The notes under the pieces: model-generated
Databases searched by the model: none
The model's input: the letters and a program-made list of their open reading frames with translations, nothing else
Told to the model about the DNA's origin: nothing
Translations under genes and position numbers: made by a program
Source: Haliangiales bacterium
Lineage (GTDB): Bacteria; Myxococcota_A; Polyangia; Haliangiales; Haliangiaceae
Direction of reading: 5' to 3'
NCBI GenBank assembly: GCA_041916575.1
Contig: JAYRZI010000002.1
Location: forward strand, 1-21,116
Length of the DNA: 21,116 nt
In this document: positions 14,696 through 21,116 of the stretch, in pieces
How the letters are laid out: each line of letters starts with the position of its first letter
How positions within the stretch are numbered: the first letter of the stretch is position 1

Positions 14696-17662
14696 TCAGT
14701 CGTCGTCGCCGTCCTCGTCGTTGTGGCCAGGATCGTTGTCGTAGAGCTGCTCGGGCGGAACCTCTGGCGGCTCGAAGCCATCTGGCCAGCGCGTGGTCTC
14801 GTCGAAGCGCGCCGCGGGGTGATCTAGGTAGGGCCGGTACTCTTCGGGCGGCGTCATGAGCATGGCTCCTTCGAGCATGGCTCCTCGAAGATCTGCCCCT
14901 ATCAAGTTGGCGTCGCGGAGATCAGCAAGGTGGAGGTTGGCCTCTTGGAGGTTGGTTTCTTGTAAGTTGGCGGCTTGGAGATTGGCGTGTTGGAGATTGG
15001 CGTGTTGGAGATTGGCGTGTTGGAGCTTGGCGTGTTGGAGCTTGGCGGCTTGGAGCTTGGCGGCTTGGAGGTTGGTTTTTCTGAGGTCGGCGCTGTCGAG
15101 GTTCGCGAGTGTAAGGTTGGCGTATTGGAGGTCGGCCTCTTGGAGGTTGGCGTATTGGAGGTCGGCCTCTTGGAGGTTGGTGTATTGGAGGTCGGCTTCT
15201 TGGAGGCTGACCCCTCGGAGGTCGGCTTCTTGGAGGTTAGCCTCTTGCAGGTTGGATCCCGAGAAGTCGGCGCTGACCAAATTGGATCGGGCGAGCTGTG
15301 CCTTGGGGTGCGTGCCACCTGGTGACATGACGGCTGCGGGCAAGCCGTGAAGTAAGAAGCTGCAGAGCATGGACATGAGCCTTTGGGGATCCCTCGCGGT
15401 GACGCCCGAAGATCCTGCGGTATAGCTGCCGATGGCCAGCGCTGCCTCGCGCAGGTACAGCCGTTCATCTTCGCGTAGGGTCGGCGCCGGTACGGCGGAC
15501 GGTCCTCCGAGTTTCTGCAGCGATTCATCATTGAAGGTGTGCTCGGCCCAGCGTGCCAGCTTGCCTCGATCTTCATCGGTCCATACCCCCGTGGCGGTCT
15601 GTGCCGCGCCCTGGTTGACGAGTTGCATCAGAAACTCGAAAGCGCGATCTTCGGTCCCGAGCAGTCGGGCACCTAGCAAGCGCGCCGGCGTCTTGTGCCA
15701 CTCCGCCTCGCTGCCACGCACGATGCGCAACAGCTCTTGCGACCAGTAGCGCGCCACCAGGAACTCGCGAAACGATTGGTGGCCAAATAGAATGGTGTGA
15801 TCGCCCGATTGCAGGTTGGCCTGCAGTGCCAGCACCAGGCCAAGTTGGATGAGCGCCATCATCTTTGGGTCCAACTTCAACTCGTTTTTCAAGAAGTGCG
15901 CGACATCGCTCTCGCTCAGCACCTGCTGGGCCTGCTCTTGCCTCAGCGCCTCCCAAGCCACGCGCCCCATCAGCCACAACATGGCATCCATCGGGGTGGC
16001 GCTTCGCTTGATGGTGGCGCTATGGCGCAGTACCTCAAGTAGGCTCTGCGAGGCCTCACGGATCGGCCGGTGCTGCTCGCTATCTCCGTCGGCCTTGCCG
16101 TTCGCGAGCTGGCGAAAGAACTGCTCGTACAAGAGCGCCTTGGAGGTCGCGCCTTCGTCACCCGAGTGCTTGGCCCAGGTGAAGGCGATCATGAATAGCA
16201 GGATCGGCGTAGTCGCCAGCTCGGCGAGTCCGCGCGGCTCAAGCTGCTCCCTCGTGAGCGAGGCACTCTCAGCCTGCGTCTGGGTGCCATGCCACCACTT
16301 CGCTAGCCACTCATCGATCTGTGGCGCCTGAAAAGGCAGGAGCCGAACCTCCTGCACGTGCTTGCCCAACTCCTGGGGCAGCACGCCCGGCCGGGTGAAC
16401 ACCACGAAGCGGTGCCGCTCGGTGGTCTTGTCGCCGAGCTTCTGAAACAGCGTGCTCAGCTCCGTTTGGCCCAGCACCACCTCATCCAGCCCATCGAGCA
16501 GGCACAGAAAGCGCTGTTCGCGCTCGGGCCAGGCGAAGGCGGCATCGTCTACTCCTGCCGAGTGCCCCGCTTGCTCCGCGGTGCGCTTGAGCGCTCGGCG
16601 CAGCGTCTCGCCCAGGTCCACCCGCTCCGAGGAAAAATCCTCGGCACAGCGAACGTAAGCTGGGCGCCAAAGCTCGGGGGCGCGCTGCGCCGAGCCGAGA
16701 AACTCACGCGCTAGGTCCCATGCCAGCTTGCGTGCGCTCAGGGACTTGCCGCTGCCGAAATCCGCGGTGACCACGATCACCTTGGGCCCGCCCGAAGCCG
16801 CAAGGAGCTCGCGCAGCAGCGCCAGGATGGGCTTGCCGTCCTTGTGCGCTTCTTTCCGCCGCCCTTCTCCACGCTCCGCCACCCACGCCAGCGGCTCTAC
16901 ATACTGGTCGTCCAACGCCAGAAACGGCAGCACCCCATCGCCCTGCTTCTCCCATTCCTCGCGTCGCCCATTGCCAAACACGTGCCGCCCACCCCAGGTA
17001 GCCAGCTCGCGCAGCAGCAGGTCGCGCACCAGCAGCTCGCGGTAGCGCTCCATTCCCTCCAGGTAGTCGGCGATCGCCGGCGCCGCGGCCAGGCCGCGCA
17101 GATACTCCAGCAGGAAGAAGCGCTCGAACTCGCGCGCCGCAGTGGCCGTCACCTCGAACGGCGGCACCTCTCCCTGCTCGGCGATCGCGAGCTTTGCATC
17201 AGTGAACGCCCACCACAGCGCGCGGTAGTAGGGCGAGGACAGCGGAGCTTGCAGCGAGCCTACGAACTCCAGCTCTTTGTCGGAGCCAGCCCCCAGCTCG
17301 ATGAGCTTGGGCGCGGCGAGGTTCATGCGTAGCTCGATCTCTTCTTTGCGCGCCTTCTCCTCCTTGCTGCGCCAGCGCTGCCAGGCCGAGGCCAGCGGTG
17401 CGCTCAACCCGTGCAGCTCCTGGTGCCGCCCCAGCGCTCGCCCGAACGACCGCGTCACCAGCGCCAGATGGAGCGCCGCCGCCTCCGGCGCCTTGGCCTT
17501 GCGCAACCCCAACAGGCCGCTCCCGGTCTCGAGCAGCCCTCGCAGCCCCTCCAGGTCCTTCTTGTCGAACGCGCTATCATTCGCCCCCTCCCAGACCTTC
17601 ATCCCGGCGCCCAGCAGCCTGCTCAATACACTAACTCCCATCGCGATCGCCGCAGGTTCCAC
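14696..17662 (-). CDS. STAND NTPase of the NACHT family (988 aa from a GTG at 17662; an alternative ATG at 17641 gives 981 aa). It has a ~290-aa N-terminal domain of unknown function, a NACHT module, a helical linker, about 29 C-terminal pentapeptide repeats and an acidic tail.
   Basis: Walker A KVIVVTADFGSGKSLSARK. Walker B / NACHT signature QRFLCLLDGLDEVV. The C-terminus is ...SNLQEANLQEADLRGVSLQEADLQYTNLQEADLQYANL...HANLQHANLQ...ADLRGAMLEGAML, which are A(D/N)LxxA(N/D)L pentapeptide repeats, followed by DNDPGHNDEDGDDD. Confidence 0.85.
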   Translation of the reverse strand: MEPAAIAMGVSVLSRLLGAGMKVWEGANDSAFDKKDLEGLRGLLETGSGLLGLRKAKAPEAAALHLALVTRSFGRALGRHQELHGLSAPLASAWQRWRSKEEKARKEEIELRMNLAAPKLIELGAGSDKELEFVGSLQAPLSSPYYRALWWAFTDAKLAIAEQGEVPPFEVTATAAREFERFFLLEYLRGLAAAPAIADYLEGMERYRELLVRDLLLRELATWGGRHVFGNGRREEWEKQGDGVLPFLALDDQYVEPLAWVAERGEGRRKEAHKDGKPILALLRELLAASGGPKVIVVTADFGSGKSLSARKLAWDLAREFLGSAQRAPELWRPAYVRCAEDFSSERVDLGETLRRALKRTAEQAGHSAGVDDAAFAWPEREQRFLCLLDGLDEVVLGQTELSTLFQKLGDKTTERHRFVVFTRPGVLPQELGKHVQEVRLLPFQAPQIDEWLAKWWHGTQTQAESASLTREQLEPRGLAELATTPILLFMIAFTWAKHSGDEGATSKALLYEQFFRQLANGKADGDSEQHRPIREASQSLLEVLRHSATIKRSATPMDAMLWLMGRVAWEALRQEQAQQVLSESDVAHFLKNELKLDPKMMALIQLGLVLALQANLQSGDHTILFGHQSFREFLVARYWSQELLRIVRGSEAEWHKTPARLLGARLLGTEDRAFEFLMQLVNQGAAQTATGVWTDEDRGKLARWAEHTFNDESLQKLGGPSAVPAPTLREDERLYLREAALAIGSYTAGSSGVTARDPQRLMSMLCSFLLHGLPAAVMSPGGTHPKAQLARSNLVSADFSGSNLQEANLQEADLRGVSLQEADLQYTNLQEADLQYANLQEADLQYANLTLANLDSADLRKTNLQAAKLQAAKLQHAKLQHANLQHANLQHANLQAANLQETNLQEANLHLADLRDANLIGADLRGAMLEGAMLMTPPEEYRPYLDHPAARFDETTRWPDGFEPPEVPPEQLYDNDPGHNDEDGDDD
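14900..15260. repeat. Tandem 15-nt (and 30-nt) periodic DNA repeat that encodes the pentapeptide repeats of the NACHT protein. Examples are ttggagattggcgtg x3, ttggagcttggcgtg, ttggagcttggcggc x2, and a 30-nt unit ttggaggtcggcctcttggaggttggcgta x3.
   Basis: Exact or near-exact consecutive 15-mers at 14975..15079 and 30-mers at 15125..15214. The plus-strand ORFs 14856..15350 and 14975..15325 are artefacts of this periodicity. Confidence 0.9.
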
Positions 17663-17829
17663 GCCAGACCTCCTGTGCGCACGAGCCTACCTGAGCTTCA
17701 AAGCTGCCCGCCACCTCCGCCGGATATCAAACGCCGACTCGCGCTCTTCCAGCGCGCGCGTTCTTTCCTGCCTCTCACTCCCGATCTCCTTCTCCCCAAA
17801 AACAAAAACTCAGGGTTCTGGTACTCGCA

Positions 17830-18910
17830 GGGGCTGTGGGCGGTGTGGGGAAGCGCGCCATAGCCGAAGGCATGCCCTGGCTCATGCTCGCTCAAGCGCT
17901 TCTCCAAGGGGCTGTGGGGTGCTCCGCGAACCTCCTCGATGATAGGCCCGCTTGCGCTCTTGCCTGCGCGGACACTCCATCAGCCCCGCCACCGTCCATC
18001 AGTCCCGCTCGTGGGCTCCGAACTGCCATTCGTGATCTCCGCCGAGAATCAAAAAACTGATCTTCGTTGTGATTGGCAATGTGAATCGTTGATGGTTTGA
18101 GTGTGAATGTGTAGAGTGTTGACATGCGCAGAGCGCCAACTCGCCGTCGCGCGGCTCGCACTACGAGTCCCCTTCAGCTCACGCTGGATAGCGCGCGCAA
18201 GCCTGCCGGCCGCGGCGGCTGGCGGCCCAACGCCGGACGTCCCCGTGGACGCCACACGTGTAGCCATGAGGCTCGCAAGCGCTTCGCCTCACGCGTACCG
18301 CTACACATCACGCTGCGCATGGCCCAAGACGTCCCCAGCCTGCGCCGCAGCGAGCCCGTCGCCCTCGTCCGCGAAGCCATCGCGGCTAGCCACACCGAGG
18401 GCTTTCGCATCCTCGAGTACGCCGTGCTCGCCAATCACGTTCACCTCCTCGTCGAGGCCGATAGCCAGGATGCGCTCGCCGGCGCCATGCGCACCCTGAA
18501 CGTGCGGCTCGCCAAGCGCCTCAATCGTTGCTTCGGCCGTCGCGGTGCATTGCTTGCCGAGCGCTACCACGCGCGACGGTTGCAGGCGCCGCGCGAGGTC
18601 CGCAATGTTCTGCGCTACGTATTGCTCAACGCGCGCCACCACGCCGCCGAACGCGGCACTCGCCTCGCTCGTGGCTGGGTAGATCCGGCCTCCAGCGCCG
18701 CCTGGTTCGAAGGCTGGCAACACCCGCATCATCTCGATCGCGGTGCCTACTGGATCGTGCAGCTCCTGCGCCACCCGCGGCCCACGCAACCCGCAAGAAC
18801 CTGGCTCTGCTCCGTGGGCTGGCGCCGCCACGGCTTGCTCGCGATCGATGACATTCCCGGCGACACTCCGTGAAGGCGCTCATGGTCGGGGGCTATGGAC
18901 GGTGGCGGGG
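17830..18910. repeat. G-rich REP-like motif GGGGCTRTGGRCGGTG(K)GGGG present three times in the same orientation, flanking the RAYT gene on both sides. Sites are 17830..17850, 17907..17923 (shorter) and 18888..18910.
   Basis: ggggctgtgggcggtgtgggg, ggggctgtggggtgctc and gggggctatggacggtggcgggg. Downstream 18955..19020 also carries reiterated ctcgagccccgc / ttcgagccccgc / ttcgagcccccggcgggggcctc units, with a GCCCCC-ggc-GGGGGC hairpin. Confidence 0.35.
18124..18873 (+). CDS. IS200/IS605-family Y1 (HUH) transposase-like protein of 249 aa, of the REP-associated tyrosine transposase (RAYT) type. It stands alone, with no TnpB partner. The true start may be a non-ATG codon downstream of 18124.
   Basis: N-terminal GRGGWRPNAGRPRGRH...PLHITLRMAQDVPSLRR block. 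HUH motif ANHVHLLVE. Tyr motif VRNVLRYVLLNARHH (RY..N). Confidence 0.75.
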   Translation: MRRAPTRRRAARTTSPLQLTLDSARKPAGRGGWRPNAGRPRGRHTCSHEARKRFASRVPLHITLRMAQDVPSLRRSEPVALVREAIAASHTEGFRILEYAVLANHVHLLVEADSQDALAGAMRTLNVRLAKRLNRCFGRRGALLAERYHARRLQAPREVRNVLRYVLLNARHHAAERGTRLARGWVDPASSAAWFEGWQHPHHLDRGAYWIVQLLRHPRPTQPARTWLCSVGWRRHGLLAIDDIPGDTP

Positions 18911-19228
18911 CTGGTCTCGGGGGTTCTTCCGTTCGAACTTGGCTCAATCCCAGGCGCGGGTCTCGCCTCGAGCCCCGCCTCGACCCTGGTTCGAGCCCCG
19001 CTTCGAGCCCCCGGCGGGGGCCTCCAGGCGGCGATCGGCCCTGGGCGGATGGCCGGCGCTCGGGTGCTAACGTGGCGGCATTGATGCTAGAACCATGCGG
19101 CCCATGGATCCCCTCGTTGCGCTTCATCGCGCCCGCCGCGCGGCTATTCAGCGGCGTAGATGCATGGCTCTCCAGGGAGGGCTCTGGGGCGGCAACGCGA
19201 TGGTCCGTCAGCAGCAGGGAGCGCGTCC

Positions 19229-20530
19229 ATGAACCCGATGATCTCGCCGGAGATCCAGTACATGCTGCTGGTGCTGGGGCTCTTCATCGTGCCGCGCGCG
19301 CTGCAGCGGTTTCGCCTGCCTAGCGCGGTCACCTGCGTGGTGATCGGGGCGGTGCTGGGTATCGGTTTCCACCTCTTTCACGAAGACGCCACCATCAAGC
19401 TCCTGGCCACGCTCGGCATCGTGGCCATGTTCTTGTTCGCCGGGCTGGAGGTGGACTTCGAGGAGCTGCGTCGAGGGCGCAGGATCTTGATCCAGCACGT
19501 GGCGGTGCAGCTCGTGTTGCTGGCCGCCGGCGCGGTCGTCTTCTTCTATCTCTTCGGGCTCGAGGTACGCGCCGCGCTGTTGTTTGCGCTGGCGCTGTTC
19601 ACTCCCTCCACCGGCTTCATCCTCGACTCGCTGCACACCTTCGGGCTCACCGCCGAGGAGCGCTTCTGGGTCAAGGCCAAGGCCATCGCCTCGGAGCTCT
19701 TGGCGCTGGCGGTGCTCTTCTTCACCATCCAGAGCCGGGACGTGGTGACGCTCTCGACCTCGGCGGTCGCGCTGACCGCGATGGTCTTGCTGTTGCCGCC
19801 GGTGTTCCGGGTGTTCGCCCGTGTGATCGCGCCGTTTGCCCCCAAGACCGAGTTCACGTTTCTCGTGATCATCGCGCTCTTGTGCGCCTTCATCACCCGG
19901 CAGCTCGGCGTGTACTACCTGGTGGGCGCGTTCGTGGTCGGTCTCACCGCGGTGCGGTTGCGCAAAGATCTCCCCGAGCTCAGTTCCGAGAAGCTGCTCG
20001 GCGGCGTGGAGCTGTTCGCCTCGTTTTTCATCCCGTTCTACTTCTTCAAGGCCGGCCTGCACCTCGAGCGCGAGAACTTCTCGCTGCGCTCGATCGCGGT
20101 TGCGGCCGCCTTGCTCGTGATCGTGCTGCCCGTCCGTGTGCTCCGCGTGGCAGTTCACCGCAGGCTGGCGCTGCGGGAGCCGTGGCGGATCAGCACCCGC
20201 ATCGGCGCGGCGGTCATCCCCACGCTGGTGTTCACCATCGTGATCGCCGAGATCCTCCAGGAGCGCTTCGCGTTGCCGCCCGACCTGTTCGGCGCCCTCA
20301 TCGTGTTCACCTTGGCCAATACGTTGTTGCCCGGGTTCTTCTTGCGAGTGCCGCCGCCGGAGTTCGAGACCCCCGAAATCCCCCGCGAAGGTGCAGCCGA
20401 TGAACCTTCGCCAGTGCCCACCGCGCCCCAGGATGCGCTAGACGACAACACCGTGCCGACGACCGCCCCGACATTGCCCGCCGCGAGCGAGGACTCGTCC
20501 GATTCTCCGACGCAGGAGCCCGCGCCATGA
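19229..20530 (+). CDS. Monovalent cation:proton antiporter (CPA1/CPA2, Na+/H+ exchanger-like) of 433 aa, with a disordered Pro/acidic C-terminal tail.
   Basis: AGGGAG lies 7 nt upstream of the ATG at 19229. MNPMISPEIQYMLLVLGLFIVPRALQRFRLPSAVTCVVIGAVLGIGF is a typical N-terminus for Na+/H+ exchanger family proteins. The protein has about 11-12 TM segments. The track ORF begins earlier at 19160, but that N-extension lacks an RBS. Confidence 0.85.
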   Translation: MNPMISPEIQYMLLVLGLFIVPRALQRFRLPSAVTCVVIGAVLGIGFHLFHEDATIKLLATLGIVAMFLFAGLEVDFEELRRGRRILIQHVAVQLVLLAAGAVVFFYLFGLEVRAALLFALALFTPSTGFILDSLHTFGLTAEERFWVKAKAIASELLALAVLFFTIQSRDVVTLSTSAVALTAMVLLLPPVFRVFARVIAPFAPKTEFTFLVIIALLCAFITRQLGVYYLVGAFVVGLTAVRLRKDLPELSSEKLLGGVELFASFFIPFYFFKAGLHLERENFSLRSIAVAAALLVIVLPVRVLRVAVHRRLALREPWRISTRIGAAVIPTLVFTIVIAEILQERFALPPDLFGALIVFTLANTLLPGFFLRVPPPEFETPEIPREGAADEPSPVPTAPQDALDDNTVPTTAPTLPAASEDSSDSPTQEPAP

Positions 20531-21116
20531 CGGGGGCCACCGCGCGAAGGCTCTCGCAGCTACAGGATCGCTTGCTCGCGCTGCTGGGCAACTCTGCGCA
20601 AGGCCGGGCGCCGCTGGTCGCTGGCATGCTTCGCCGCGACGCCAGTGAAGCCACCTCGTACTGGCTTCAGCTCGTGGTCTCGGTGGGCATCGCCACCTTG
20701 GGCCTGGTGGTCGGCAGCGCGGCGGTGGTCATCGGCGCCATGTTGGTGGCGCCGCTGATGGGGCCGATCGTCGGCCTGGCCATGGGCCTCGCTACCGGCT
20801 CGCCGTTTCTGGTGTTGCGCTCGGCCGGGCGCATCGGCGGCAGCGTGCTGGTCGCGGTGGCTGGCGCCGCGCTCATCACCCAGCTCCTGCCGTTCCACGA
20901 GCTCAACTCCGAGATCGCCGCGCGTACTTCGCCCACCGTCTTGGACCTCATCACTGCGGGGTTCTGCGCCCTGGCCGGCGTCTACGCGGCGCTGCGCCCC
21001 GGCGGATCGGATACGGCGACCACCGCTGCCGGCACCTCGATCAGCATCTCGCTGGTGCCGCCCTTGTGCGCCAGCGGCTACGGCTTTGGCACCCTCACCT
21101 GGTCCGTGGCCGGTGG
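20527..21116 (+). CDS. DUF389-family integral membrane protein, 3'-partial (runs off the window). Its start codon overlaps the antiporter stop as ATGA.
   Basis: Manual translation gives MTGATARRLSQLQDRLLALLGNSAQGRAPLVAGMLRRDASEATSYWLQLVVSVGIATLGLVVGSAAVVIGAMLVAPLMGPIVGLAMGLATGSPFLVLRSAGRIGGSVLVAVAGAALITQLLPFHELNSEIAARTSPTVLDLITAGFCALAGVYAALRPGG... The motif AVVIGAMLVAPLMGPI is the DUF389 hallmark. There is no stop to the window end. Confidence 0.65.
   Translation, partial: MTGATARRLSQLQDRLLALLGNSAQGRAPLVAGMLRRDASEATSYWLQLVVSVGIATLGLVVGSAAVVIGAMLVAPLMGPIVGLAMGLATGSPFLVLRSAGRIGGSVLVAVAGAALITQLLPFHELNSEIAARTSPTVLDLITAGFCALAGVYAALRPGGSDTATTAAGTSISISLVPPLCASGYGFGTLTWSVAG

Noticed and set aside
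14856-15350. Plus-strand ORFs of 164 aa and 116 aa with WRLA or LEVG repeats.
   Set aside because: They arise from reading the 15-nt pentapeptide-encoding tandem repeat on the opposite strand. They are not independent genes.
17277-17942. 221-aa plus ORF spanning the NACHT start and the divergent intergenic region. Also the small ORFs 17698..17907 (-) and 17836..18060 (+).
   Set aside because: They are Ser/Pro/Arg/Ala-rich with no start context. They lie across what is more plausibly a promoter and REP-like repeat region. No conserved-looking features are present.
19208-20158. 316-aa minus ORF antisense to the antiporter.
   Set aside because: It is a highly charged R/E/D/H/G low-complexity translation. 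The antiporter frame has about 12 clean TM helices.
1-21116. Search for CRISPR arrays, tRNA and rRNA genes.
   Set aside because: All regular repeats found are in-frame coding repeats (306-bp Ig units, 15-nt pentapeptide units) with no spacer-repeat architecture. The non-coding gaps are short (37-460 bp) and contain no recognisable tRNA cloverleaf or rRNA-like sequence.

Overview
This is a very GC-rich (~70%) bacterial chromosomal segment whose gene content looks like Myxococcota. That origin is an inference from a MYXO-CTERM-like tail, a TonB-dependent receptor with a carboxypeptidase-regulatory-like N-domain, and the codon bias. I support 11 protein-coding genes on alternating strands. They are a 5'-truncated giant Big_1-type Ig-repeat surface protein (3..5390), a lipoprotein with a lone CXXCH motif, CstA, a 4xS1-domain RNA-binding protein, a small secreted 2-Cys protein, an ECF sigma factor read in one frame with a DsbA-like domain, a TonB-dependent receptor, a NACHT-family STAND NTPase with a pentapeptide-repeat C-terminus, an IS200-like Y1/HUH (RAYT-type) transposase, a CPA-type cation/proton antiporter, and a 3'-truncated DUF389 membrane protein. 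I found no rRNA, tRNA or CRISPR. Most of the many overlapping antisense ORFs in the track are Arg/Gly/Ala/Pro-rich high-GC artefacts. The points I consider most worth follow-up are, first, the adhesin reading through a MYXO-CTERM-like sorting signal into a second signal-peptide plus beta-barrel-like module. The second is the ECF sigma-TM-DsbA single reading frame, which has an internal strong SD+ATG and an ECF-type promoter in front of the downstream TonB receptor. The third is the NACHT-pentapeptide STAND protein, which has an unknown N-terminal domain and lies beside a RAYT flanked by G-rich REP-like repeats.
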